The translations under genes were made by a program, and so were the position numbers. A DNA stretch of 64,000 bases from Bacteroidales bacterium (GTDB lineage: Bacteria > Bacteroidota > Bacteroidia > Bacteroidales > WRLA01). Where the stretch lies: assembly GCA_963676725.1 (NCBI GenBank), contig OY781463.1, forward strand, positions 4,332,640-4,396,639, given 5' to 3'. The stretch's first letter is position 1. Each line of letters starts with the position of its first letter. The notes under the pieces were generated by a model. It made no database searches, was not told where the DNA came from, and saw only the letters and a list, made by a program, of their open reading frames with translations. Shown piece after piece: positions 46,510 to 55,937 of the stretch.

Positions 46510-49500
46510 TTAATCTTGTGAAAATTGTTCTACTTTTTTTTCAATTTTTCTTCTTTCAAAACCGATGCTTGTCTTTATTCCGCTTAGTACCAGTTTCACC
46601 CAATAGTTGAAGACTGATTTCGTCGTATTGCGCTCATAGAATACAGGACCTTTCCGCACAAGAAGCAGAGTGGGGTTGCTTTTCTTTACAACAAAAGTGT
46701 TTGCAAAAAACCCAAGCAAGGCGTCGCCAAAATTCATCTTTAGTGTTTTGCGATCGATAACCCGAATTTTTAGATCATTGTATAAAAACTCCATCTCACC
46801 CCAAGCCTTCATTGCATTCCCTTGGGCAGAACATTTCATCTGTTGTAATTCTCCACTACGGATGCTCAGAAAGGCAAGATTTTCGAGCGATTTATTCATA
46901 TGATCCAATTGCATTGTACCCAGACGACACTCCATCCGAAAAGGCTGGGCTGTATCTGTTAATGACAAAGATACTTCAATATCTGCCCTTGCCTGCCCCA
47001 TTAGCCTGCCTGAAGCAGATACGCTTAGGTCGGGATTGTTGCCTTGCTGCTGCTTTATATTGCATATATTCCTCAGCAAGATATCCATAGAATCAAAAAA
47101 GACTGTTCCCGGCTCTGGCGCAAAAGACTCATGCTCTGTATATTGAATAAATGCATTAGGGGCAATAAGGCTATCCACACACAATTGAAATGGCAATGAA
47201 TGAATTAGGTCTGCCGGTAGCTTTGGAAAATGATTCTTTGGCATCGGTAAGCGCTTATCGCGATAATCATCGAGAATAAAAGAGCGGATATCAATACTGT
47301 TCACACACAATTGAAAAGCGCTCTGATTCAGGGATGCATCGATGCCTTTGGCTGTGATCCGATCTGTTTTTAAGCTAGTCCAATCGCTTTGAAAACCATT
47401 CATTTCCCCCCATAACTCTTTATTGACCAAAGGTTTCAATTGCAGGCTATCCAAAACAAATAGTTGGTTTTCCCCAGAAAAAACACCCCCATAAAAATTT
47501 AAAGCCATTCGTGATTTTGTATGCAATCCGGCTTCCTCGAATTCAATTTTATGTATCTGATCCTGAATCAGTTCCTTATTCACAAAAGAGGCTGGATTAT
47601 CCAATTCGCAGGAAAAATCATTCAACCATATCATGCTGCTATCGTGATCTAGCAAAGCAAAATGCGCATCCTCCATCCTCAGTATAGGTTTAAAATTCCT
47701 GAGGTAGTCCGGCATGAGAAAGGAAGAATGTTTTTGCTTTGCCTTATGCAGCAATAAATCCAGTGAAAAGCCTTCAAAATCGAGGAATTTTCCAATAAAG
47801 CCCTTTTTATCATTCCAAGAAAAGCTCTCACAAAAAATTTCAACCGCTTTAAAATCTATTGTTTTCGCATTATTGCTTGGATTTTTCCTCTGAAAGCTAA
47901 TGTTTTTGCTCAACAAAATTCTTCTATTCAAGCAAATCTCCAATGTGTCCAAACGAGCAAAAACGGGTGTATTTCCCCCCTCAAAATTTAATGCGGACAA
48001 TTGTAAAAACGGGAATGGTTCTTTTAGGGATTTTGAAGTTCCTGCTTTGTCCAATAAAAACCGAACAGACAATTCCTCAGCCGAATCATTGATCCAAGCT
48101 ATTTCTGTATTGATGTCTTCCAAAATGAAACGCGAATCCTGAAATCTGTCCAGAAATTCCTGCATCTTGAATTTCGATTTTTGCTTATTTCCCGATTTCC
48201 TGCTTTTTACCTTCATTTGCCCATGAGCAAAAAGAATTTGCTTCGGTAGTTTTTTTGTTTTCAGAAGCCCTAAATTTACTCCATCAAGCAATAGCTTCTT
48301 AAAATCTGCTTTAATATCCAAAGGCTGGTCTGTGCCAATTGGAAACACACTTAAATCATGAATAATTGCTTTTTTAGATTGCCCTGAAAAGCTCAAGGAT
48401 GACAATCCAATGCCGTGCTCAAATTTATATGCACTGAAACCAATGGAATCGGTTTTGAAAGTGCCAAGGTGAATATCACCCCCATGAATTTCAAGGTTTT
48501 TTATAAAAGGATGTACACAAAACACTGTGAATTGTTTCTCTTCAGAGCCATCTTTTAGCCTTAAATAATCGAAATCGACCTCATCAAACTGGAAAGACAA
48601 CCTTTGTTTTCCTGATGCTTTCTGTTTTGCGGCTGCAGGCTTTATCACAAGGCTTAGATCACCCAGTTTTACGCTTTTGCATTTCATATATTGGGTCGGT
48701 TCTTTTTCAAAATCAGGCCAAGCGATGGTAATATGATCAGAAGAAACATCAAAAATGTTGGCACCTTCCTGAAAAGAAAACCGTGGATGAAACAGATGAA
48801 ACTGTTTGTTTTCATCCAAGCTTGCTTGCTTCGCTTTAATTGTTATATCACCACGAATGCTGATTTCACCACAGGCAAAATCACGCACAGAAAGCTTGCT
48901 TAAATTTTCCGAAATACTTGCCGAATTAAAATCCTCAATCTTTACGCTCAGGTTTTTAATATCGCTTTTATAGGAAGCTGAAGCCAAGGAAATTTCTGTC
49001 TTGTTAATGCGCATCTGCTTGATTGTGAAATTATTCCACCTCCCTTTCTGATGTTTTTGCGACACATCATCCAACGAAAGGCTAATGGACGCTCCATCCA
49101 GCTCAAGGACATCCGGATTAAAGGATTTTTCCCTCAATAAATCTTTAAAAAACAAAGCATGAATTGCAAGTCGCTCCCCTGAAAACGCCTGCTTTTTCTG
49201 ATATGTGGCAGAAAAATCCTTTAACTCAAGATCACCTTCTTTTGATGAATAAGTAAGCGCATTAAAGGAAGCATCCACATCAAATAAATTATGCACCACC
49301 TGAGGGCCAAGTCTTAAATTAATTTTTTCGGGAATCCAAAAATCGCTATCACTACTATTTCCGGAAAAAGACAGGTCAATATCTTCTATTCTATTCGTTT
49401 CGTGATGATGTTGGTTTAAAAGGATAATATTTAGGTGATTGATGTCTACTTCAAGGGGGAAAAGGTTCTTTGGAAAATGGCTTTTTTGTGCTTTCTTTTT

Positions 49501-50355
49501 TATCATGAAATCCTGCAAAAGGCTAATTTCTGCACCATCAGCTTGTAAGCGGAAATAAAAAGCGCCATTTTTTTCCCTATAGATATCCTTCAGCATCAAA
49601 TCCGTAAGCTTCATACTTTGAAAATTTGCCAAAGAATCATTTGCCTGAAAATTCAGCTTTTTTGCATCAATATTCCCCTCGGGAAAAAGACGCAATGATG
49701 CAAAAGCCAATTGTCCACCGGGGACTTGAATTTCATTTGCACCAAGCCGAATTTGAGCGTTTTTCAATAAATACGGAATCAAATCATCGCTGAACAAGGA
49801 ATCGGCAAAAAGCGGGTCGAGGGAAAAATCAATATGGCGCACACTATCGGAAAAATGCTCCGTTTGCAGAAATACAGAGGCATCACGAATATAGAGCCGT
49901 TTTACCTCAAGATCTTTTAGTTTATTGATAATAAATCCTGTAGCCTGATGTTTGCTGTTTTCAGGCTGATTATGGCTTAGAAAAGGTTTGACAATCTCCA
50001 GTTCCAGAACCTTTATTTCCTGGTTGGAAATGATTTGCCAAAAACTCACCCCTTTAATAGAAAGCAGCTCAAAGGAAAGCTTTGTTTGTGTACTATCGGA
50101 CTCTGCTTTAGCCAAATCCATTTGAAATCCACGAACTTCAAGAAGGCCTTTATAATAGGTATATTGAATGTCTTCAAAAGAGATGTTCAGGTTTTTGTTT
50201 TCCTTAGCTAATATTTTTCGCAAAACGCCATCAAGAAAATGTTGCCCAAAAAATGTGAAATAGACATGTACACTCAGAAGGAGAAGCAAAGGCAATAGAA
50301 TAAAGGCCAAAAGCCTTTTCCTCAGTTTTCCATTGTCTATAGGTTTTTTTGCCAT
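46510..50355 (-). CDS. Large (1281 aa) N-terminally anchored protein of unknown function, AsmA/TamB-like by architecture only
   Basis: There is a single N-terminal TM helix (LLAFILLPLLLLLSVHVYFTFF). It is followed by more than 1200 aa of beta-rich, low-identity sequence with no catalytic motif I can see. Confidence 0.4.
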   Translation of the reverse strand: MAKKPIDNGKLRKRLLAFILLPLLLLLSVHVYFTFFGQHFLDGVLRKILAKENKNLNISFEDIQYTYYKGLLEVRGFQMDLAKAESDSTQTKLSFELLSIKGVSFWQIISNQEIKVLELEIVKPFLSHNQPENSKHQATGFIINKLKDLEVKRLYIRDASVFLQTEHFSDSVRHIDFSLDPLFADSLFSDDLIPYLLKNAQIRLGANEIQVPGGQLAFASLRLFPEGNIDAKKLNFQANDSLANFQSMKLTDLMLKDIYREKNGAFYFRLQADGAEISLLQDFMIKKKAQKSHFPKNLFPLEVDINHLNIILLNQHHHETNRIEDIDLSFSGNSSDSDFWIPEKINLRLGPQVVHNLFDVDASFNALTYSSKEGDLELKDFSATYQKKQAFSGERLAIHALFFKDLLREKSFNPDVLELDGASISLSLDDVSQKHQKGRWNNFTIKQMRINKTEISLASASYKSDIKNLSVKIEDFNSASISENLSKLSVRDFACGEISIRGDITIKAKQASLDENKQFHLFHPRFSFQEGANIFDVSSDHITIAWPDFEKEPTQYMKCKSVKLGDLSLVIKPAAAKQKASGKQRLSFQFDEVDFDYLRLKDGSEEKQFTVFCVHPFIKNLEIHGGDIHLGTFKTDSIGFSAYKFEHGIGLSSLSFSGQSKKAIIHDLSVFPIGTDQPLDIKADFKKLLLDGVNLGLLKTKKLPKQILFAHGQMKVKSRKSGNKQKSKFKMQEFLDRFQDSRFILEDINTEIAWINDSAEELSVRFLLDKAGTSKSLKEPFPFLQLSALNFEGGNTPVFARLDTLEICLNRRILLSKNISFQRKNPSNNAKTIDFKAVEIFCESFSWNDKKGFIGKFLDFEGFSLDLLLHKAKQKHSSFLMPDYLRNFKPILRMEDAHFALLDHDSSMIWLNDFSCELDNPASFVNKELIQDQIHKIEFEEAGLHTKSRMALNFYGGVFSGENQLFVLDSLQLKPLVNKELWGEMNGFQSDWTSLKTDRITAKGIDASLNQSAFQLCVNSIDIRSFILDDYRDKRLPMPKNHFPKLPADLIHSLPFQLCVDSLIAPNAFIQYTEHESFAPEPGTVFFDSMDILLRNICNIKQQQGNNPDLSVSASGRLMGQARADIEVSLSLTDTAQPFRMECRLGTMQLDHMNKSLENLAFLSIRSGELQQMKCSAQGNAMKAWGEMEFLYNDLKIRVIDRKTLKMNFGDALLGFFANTFVVKKSNPTLLLVRKGPVFYERNTTKSVFNYWVKLVLSGIKTSIGFERRKIEKKVEQFSQD

Positions 50356-50363
50356 TGCTTTTC

Positions 50364-50723
50364 TTATTCAGGATAAAAAGCGTCTTCAATATGATTAATA
50401 CTTGTCCCTTCCGGTGTAATAAGCACGCCCAACACATCGAAACGGGTTTCACCCAAATGATTGATTTGGTAAATATACTCATTTGCTGCACGAATCAAGT
50501 ACTTTTGTTTTTTTCGCGTTACGGCAGTTTCCGGTTCGCCAAAAAAAGCAGACGAACGTGTTTTTACTTCCGCGATAACAAGAAATTCACCATCACGGGC
50601 AATAATATCTATTTCATCTTTCTGGTAGCGCCAATTGCATTTGATGATTTCGAAGCCTTTTTTGCGCAAATATTCCATTGCAACTTCTTCTCCCTTTTTC
50701 CCTAATTCATTATGCTCTGCCAT
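50364..50723 (-). CDS. YraN-family (UPF0102) endonuclease-like protein
   Basis: GKKGEEVAMEYLRKKGFEIIKCNWRYQKDEIDIIARDGEFLVIAEVKTR matches the YraN pattern (E..A..YL...G..IL..N.R....EIDII...VFVEVK.R). Confidence 0.8.
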   Translation of the reverse strand: MAEHNELGKKGEEVAMEYLRKKGFEIIKCNWRYQKDEIDIIARDGEFLVIAEVKTRSSAFFGEPETAVTRKKQKYLIRAANEYIYQINHLGETRFDVLGVLITPEGTSINHIEDAFYPE

Positions 50724-50724
50724 T

Positions 50725-51612
50725 TTATAGAAATTCTAAAGAAGTTCCTTTTTCGTTTACAACAAATTGTACTTCCGAGCCCATAATTAATGCCCTATTA
50801 TCGCTGATATGGCCGGCAGGAAAATCAAAACAAACCGGAATCTCTTTGTTTGGAAGGGCTTCGAGAATGATTTCCTCAACGCGCTTTCCAAAATCGGTAT
50901 CATAATCTTTCATATCAGAAAAGCCTCCGGCAATCAGCCCATGAATTGCATCGAGTTTTCCACTTCGCCTTAGCTGATGCATCATGCGATCGAGATGGTA
51001 GAGATGCTCGTTCAGATCTTCAATAAACAAAATTTTTCTCCTAGTATCGAGATCAGAAACGGAACCCGAAAGGCTACATAAAACACTCAGGTTGCCACCT
51101 GTTAAGACAGCCTTCGCTGATCCGAATATATTGTCAGGATGCGGTGGTAGGGAATACGATTTAAGAGTGCCCGTAATTGCCTGAAAAAGGCTTTCGGTTC
51201 CATCAGGAAAATTACGTGGCATTGTGGCATGCAGACTTTGGATACCTAGTTTTGAAAGATGGTTGTGAAATACCGTTATATCGCTATATCCAATAATCCA
51301 TTTGGGCTCATTTAATAAAGGACTAAAGTCGATATGATCCACAATTCGCACACAACCGTAGCCGCCACGTGCGCACAAAATTGCTTTGATCTCCGGATTA
51401 TTAATCATTGCCTGCATGGCGCTGATGCGTTGCTGGTCGGTACCGGCAAACTGATGGTATTTCTCCTGCACCTGTGGGTCGATGTGCCCTTTCATCTTCC
51501 AGTTTTGGCTGATAAAACCGGCTGCTTTTTCAATTTCTTTATAATCAATACGCCCTGCAGGGGCAATAATGCCAATCATATCCCCTTCTTTAAGTGCTTT
51601 GGATTGAATCAT
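50725..51612 (-). CDS. LD-carboxypeptidase (peptidase S66, muramoyltetrapeptide carboxypeptidase-like)
   Basis: The nucleophile block GYSDITVFH is present, and GDMIGIIAPAG lies near the N-terminus. The C-terminal FPAGH block holds the catalytic His. Confidence 0.8.
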   Translation of the reverse strand: MIQSKALKEGDMIGIIAPAGRIDYKEIEKAAGFISQNWKMKGHIDPQVQEKYHQFAGTDQQRISAMQAMINNPEIKAILCARGGYGCVRIVDHIDFSPLLNEPKWIIGYSDITVFHNHLSKLGIQSLHATMPRNFPDGTESLFQAITGTLKSYSLPPHPDNIFGSAKAVLTGGNLSVLCSLSGSVSDLDTRRKILFIEDLNEHLYHLDRMMHQLRRSGKLDAIHGLIAGGFSDMKDYDTDFGKRVEEIILEALPNKEIPVCFDFPAGHISDNRALIMGSEVQFVVNEKGTSLEFL

Positions 51613-51648
51613 AGTGTATCTATAAGGCTGTTTTCAGTATCAAATTTT

Positions 51649-51656
51649 TATCTTTG
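51649..51656 (+). promoter_or_regulatory. Bacteroidetes-type -7 box (TATCTTTG)
   Basis: An exact TAnnTTTG match lies 60 nt upstream of the metG ATG. Confidence 0.35.
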
Positions 51657-51715
51657 CCGAAATTAACAAAACAAGCCCAAAATAAAAAATTACTCACACA
51701 AAATATCTTCAATTT

Positions 51716-53776
51716 ATGAGCGCAGAAAAAAACGTAAAACGATATACAATTACCTCAGCCCTTCCCTATGCAAATGGACCAATTCATATCGGCCATCTTG
51801 CCGGGGTTTATATCCCTGCCGATATTTATGCACGCTATCTTCGTTCAATTGGGGAGGAAGTGCTGTTTATCGGTGGTTCTGACGAACATGGCGTGCCCAT
51901 CACCATCAAAGCACGAAAAGAGGGCGTTCATCCTCAGGATATTGTTGATAAATACCATCATATCATCGAAGAAAGTTTTAAAGATCTGGGCGTTTCTTTT
52001 GATGTCTATTCGAGAACATCAAAAGAAATTCACCACAAAACAGCTGCAGATTTCTTTAAAAAACTCTATGATGGCGGCAAATTTATCGAAAAGACATCGC
52101 AGCAATATTATGATCCTGAAGCCAATCAATTTCTTGCCGACCGATACATCACAGGTACATGCCCCCATTGCAATTACGATAAAGCCTATGGCGATCAATG
52201 CGAAAGCTGCGGCACATCACTCAGTCCAACAGATCTAATCAATCCGGTTTCTGCCCTTACAGGCAATATCCCGGAATTGCGTGAGACAAAACATTGGTTT
52301 CTTCCACTGAACGACTATGAAGATTTTCTGCGCGAATGGATACTCAAAGGACATAAAAACGACTGGAAGTCAAACGTTTATGGACAATGCAAGTCTTGGC
52401 TCGATTTAGGTTTGCAGCCACGCGCCGTAACACGCGACCTAAACTGGGGCGTTCAAGTTCCTGTTGAAGGTGCCGACGGAAAAGTGCTTTATGTTTGGTT
52501 TGATGCTCCCATTGGCTATATCTCTGCCACAAGGGAATGGGGGCAAAGCAATAATCAGGATTGGGAAAAATGGTGGAAAGACCCGGAATCGAAATTGGTG
52601 CATTTTATTGGGAAAGACAATATTGTATTCCATTGCATAGTTTTTCCATCCATGCTTCAGGCAGAAGGCAGTTATATATTGCCCGATAATGTGCCTGCCA
52701 ATGAATTCCTGAACCTTGAAGGCGACAAAATCTCTACTTCCCGCAATTGGGCCGTTTGGCTTCATGAATACCTAAAGGATTTTCCAAACAAACAGGATGT
52801 GTTGCGCTATGTGCTTTGTGCAAATGCTCCTGAATCGAAAGACAATGATTTTACCTGGAAAGATTTTCAGGCGCGTAATAATAATGAACTCCTCGCTATT
52901 TTCGGAAACTTCGTGAACCGCACGGTTGTGCTAACGCATAAATATTTTGGGGGAACGGTTCCGGAAATTACACAACTTGAAGCAGCAGACGAAGAAGTTT
53001 TCCGTCGTATTGCCGAATTCCCTGCCAGCATTGGACAATCCATTGAGCATTATAAATTCCGTGAAGCGCTGAGTGAGATGATGAATCTGGCACGCCTTGG
53101 AAACAAATATCTTACCGATCAGGAGCCCTGGAAAATATTTAAGACAAATCCCGAGCGCGTAAAAACAGTATTGAATGTCTCTCTGCAGATTTGCGCCAAC
53201 CTCAGCATCCTGTGTGCTCCATTTCTGCCCTTTACATCAGAAAAATTAAAAACGATCCTTCAATTGGGCGAACATCAATGGGCAGATGCAGGGCGTCATG
53301 ACCTTATCGAGGCGAACCATCTATTAAATCCGGCCAGCTTCTTATTCGAGAAAATAGAAGACAAAGAGATTGAAGCACAGGTTCAGCGCCTGCTCGACAT
53401 CAAAAAACAGAATGAAATTGCCAATAAATCGGCAAGCCCTGCAAAAGAAAATATTAGTTTTGAGGACTTTGCAAAGATAGACATTAGAACAGGCACCATT
53501 CTTGAGGCCGAAAAAGTTGCTAAAACAAAGAAGCTACTGAAGCTGAAAGTGGATACAGGAATTGATACGCGCACCATTGTTTCGGGCATTGCAGAATACT
53601 ACGAACCACAAAATATTATTGGCAAGAAGGTAAGCGTTTTAGTGAACCTAGCGCCAAAGCAATTGCGCGGCATCGAATCTCAAGGCATGATTTTGATGGC
53701 AGAAAACGCCGATGGCAGCCTTCATTTTGTTCTTCCCGATAGCGATGAAATTAAAAATGGCAGCGAAATTCGTTAA
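51716..53776 (+). CDS. metG: Methionine--tRNA ligase with C-terminal tRNA-binding (EMAP/Trbp111-like) domain
   Basis: The HIGH motif (PIHIGHLAG), the zinc knuckle ([18 protein letters not shown]), the KMSKS variant (KISTSR) and a C-terminal OB-fold tail ([12 protein letters not shown]...KLKVDTG) are all present. Confidence 0.95.
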   Translation: MSAEKNVKRYTITSALPYANGPIHIGHLAGVYIPADIYARYLRSIGEEVLFIGGSDEHGVPITIKARKEGVHPQDIVDKYHHIIEESFKDLGVSFDVYSRTSKEIHHKTAADFFKKLYDGGKFIEKTSQQYYDPEANQFLADRYITGTCPHCNYDKAYGDQCESCGTSLSPTDLINPVSALTGNIPELRETKHWFLPLNDYEDFLREWILKGHKNDWKSNVYGQCKSWLDLGLQPRAVTRDLNWGVQVPVEGADGKVLYVWFDAPIGYISATREWGQSNNQDWEKWWKDPESKLVHFIGKDNIVFHCIVFPSMLQAEGSYILPDNVPANEFLNLEGDKISTSRNWAVWLHEYLKDFPNKQDVLRYVLCANAPESKDNDFTWKDFQARNNNELLAIFGNFVNRTVVLTHKYFGGTVPEITQLEAADEEVFRRIAEFPASIGQSIEHYKFREALSEMMNLARLGNKYLTDQEPWKIFKTNPERVKTVLNVSLQICANLSILCAPFLPFTSEKLKTILQLGEHQWADAGRHDLIEANHLLNPASFLFEKIEDKEIEAQVQRLLDIKKQNEIANKSASPAKENISFEDFAKIDIRTGTILEAEKVAKTKKLLKLKVDTGIDTRTIVSGIAEYYEPQNIIGKKVSVLVNLAPKQLRGIESQGMILMAENADGSLHFVLPDSDEIKNGSEIR

Positions 53777-53794
53777 AAACTCAAGCAAATACTG

Positions 53795-54628
53795 ATGTAC
53801 CGCCTTTTTCAGTTTCTGTACCGATATTCATTTTTCTTTCTCTTTTTGGGACTGGAACTGGCATCCTTAATGCTACTCATCAATTATAATCCCTATCAGG
53901 GAAGCATGTATACAAATACAATGAACCAATTTAGGGGAAGCACTTTCTCGGCGCTGAGTAATATTAGCCAATATTTTGGCCTTGTAGAAGAAAATGAACG
54001 CCTTGCCGAACAAAACAGGCTTTTACTCAATCAGCAGCATTCTTCCTTTATTATGTATGACACTTTGCAAGTAGATGTTGGCGACAGCCTGCAAGGCTAC
54101 AGTTATTTACACGCCCAGGTCATCAGCAATAGTGTGCACAAACGCAATAATGTGATGATGCTGAATAAAGGAAAAAAGAAGGGTGTCGAAAAAGAAATGG
54201 GTGTTCTTGGCCCACATGGCATCGTGGGTATTGTAGTGCAAGCATCTGATAACTATTCACTAGTAATGCCAATACTGCATAAAGCCTTTCTAGTAAGTGC
54301 CCGTATCCAAAAAAACGGACAAGTAGGCAGCGTTGTTTGGAACGGACAGGAAACGGGCATGGTGAGCATGAAAGATGTACCCGGACATGTTGCTGTTGAA
54401 AAAGGAGATACCGTTGTAACCAGCGGATTTAGTATGGTTTTTCCTCCTGGATTGATGATTGGCACCATAGAAGAAATAAGGATTCTGCCGGGGAACAGTT
54501 ATTATGAACTGGATATAAAACTATCGACCGACTTTAATGCTTTGGAATGGGTATATGTCATTCATAATATACATAAGCAAGAGCAAGACAGTCTTTTGAA
54601 TCGCTTTGAAACTGTTTTTGGTGAATAA
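53795..54628 (+). CDS. mreC: Rod shape-determining protein MreC
   Basis: There is an N-terminal anchor (FFFLFLGLELASLMLLINYNPYQ), a coiled-coil segment (ENERLAEQNRLL), and the C-terminal blocks GIVGIVVQASDNYSLVMPIL and GDTVVTSGFSMVFPPGLMIGTI typical of Bacteroidetes MreC. Confidence 0.85.
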   Translation: MYRLFQFLYRYSFFFLFLGLELASLMLLINYNPYQGSMYTNTMNQFRGSTFSALSNISQYFGLVEENERLAEQNRLLLNQQHSSFIMYDTLQVDVGDSLQGYSYLHAQVISNSVHKRNNVMMLNKGKKKGVEKEMGVLGPHGIVGIVVQASDNYSLVMPILHKAFLVSARIQKNGQVGSVVWNGQETGMVSMKDVPGHVAVEKGDTVVTSGFSMVFPPGLMIGTIEEIRILPGNSYYELDIKLSTDFNALEWVYVIHNIHKQEQDSLLNRFETVFGE

Positions 54629-54643
54629 TAAATCAGATTGAAA

Positions 54644-55810
54644 ATGAGCAAAGACAGCTCCAAAAACAGGGTTTATGGTCTAGATGTTTTAAGAGCCATT
54701 GCTATTCTTATTGTGGTGCATGTACATGGTGCATGGATGCTGCAAGGCTCCTTTCTCGAAAAATTTCCTTGGATACCCCTCGTTGATGGTGTGGAGCTAT
54801 TCTTTGTCTTAAGTGGCTTCCTGATTGGCGGCATCCTATTAAGGATGATCCGGAAAAACGAAGGTTCATTTTCGTTCAAATTAGTGCTTCAATTTTGGAA
54901 AAGACGTTGGTTCAGAACCTTACCCAATTATTATCTAATTCTTTTTATAAACATCCTCTTTGCATATCTCCATTTTAACGGGAATGATTATCACCAATTC
55001 AACTGGAAATTTATTCTATTTCTGCAAAATTTTTCATGGCCTTTCCATAGCTTTTTCTGGGAATCATGGAGCCTTACCATTGAAGAATGGTTTTATATCC
55101 TGCTTCCTTTAGGGTTTTTTACCTCTCTTCCTTTTTTGAAGGAAAAGAAAGCGATTCTCAGTATTATTCTATTATTGCTTTTTGCCCCACTCTTTTTCCG
55201 TTTACTGCAATCAGGGCATAAAGTAGACGGATATGGATGGGATGTGTTATTTCGTAAAGTTGTTGTGATGCGTTTAGATGCAATTATTTACGGAGTCCTT
55301 GCTGCATATATTCATTTTTACCATATAAAATTCTGGCAAAAATATGCTCGCCTTTTCTTCGTTTTTGGCTTAATTATTATAATAGGAATTGGATTTGTTC
55401 CCATGGCGCCAAACGACTTTTTTGTGAAAACATTTTATTTTAGCATTATTTCATTTGGTGCAATGTGCCTTTTACCGGCAGCTGAAATGACACGCTCTTA
55501 TAAAGGCCAAATAGGAAAAATGATAACGCACATCAGCTTAATATCTTATTCGATGTACCTTGTTAACTTAGGACTGGTGTCGCAAGTGATAAAAAAGCAT
55601 TTTACTCTGGAAAGTCCTCAAGAAGGAATTCTGAAATACTTTCTCTATTGGTTAATTGTTATAGGGGTTTCCAGCCTGCTTTATGCTTATTTTGAGCGAC
55701 CACTTATGAATTTGCGCGACCGAAAATTATTCCCCTTTTTAAAACCCGGAAACAGAAAAGCAAATCCAGCCCAAAACTCTATTGAACAAGCCGATAAAAA
55801 AACTGTTTAA
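54644..55810 (+). CDS. Acyltransferase family 3 (OafA-like) membrane protein
   Basis: The N-terminal signature is GLDVLRAIAILIVVHVHG, followed by about 10 TM helices. The ORF track starts at TTG 54638, and an ATG lies at 54644. Confidence 0.8.
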   Translation: MSKDSSKNRVYGLDVLRAIAILIVVHVHGAWMLQGSFLEKFPWIPLVDGVELFFVLSGFLIGGILLRMIRKNEGSFSFKLVLQFWKRRWFRTLPNYYLILFINILFAYLHFNGNDYHQFNWKFILFLQNFSWPFHSFFWESWSLTIEEWFYILLPLGFFTSLPFLKEKKAILSIILLLLFAPLFFRLLQSGHKVDGYGWDVLFRKVVVMRLDAIIYGVLAAYIHFYHIKFWQKYARLFFVFGLIIIIGIGFVPMAPNDFFVKTFYFSIISFGAMCLLPAAEMTRSYKGQIGKMITHISLISYSMYLVNLGLVSQVIKKHFTLESPQEGILKYFLYWLIVIGVSSLLYAYFERPLMNLRDRKLFPFLKPGNRKANPAQNSIEQADKKTV

Positions 55811-55860
55811 TCCTTACTGATCAGTCTGTCTGTAAAAACAACTTTCTGACTGAATATGCT

Positions 55861-55868
55861 TATATTTG
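55861..55868 (+). promoter_or_regulatory. Bacteroidetes-type -7 box (TATATTTG)
   Basis: An exact TAnnTTTG match lies 70 nt upstream of the ATG at 55938. Confidence 0.35.
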
Positions 55869-55937
55869 TTCTAAGAAACAGTTGAAAATCAAGCAAAATC
55901 AAAATAGTTTCCGGTAATCCCCTAAAAACAGTTTATT

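Noticed and set aside
51768-52238. A 156-aa same-strand ORF overlaps metG in another frame.
   Set aside because: metG is intact with HIGH, zinc-knuckle and KMSKS motifs. The alternative frame gives a Cys/Ser/Ile-rich nonsense-like product.
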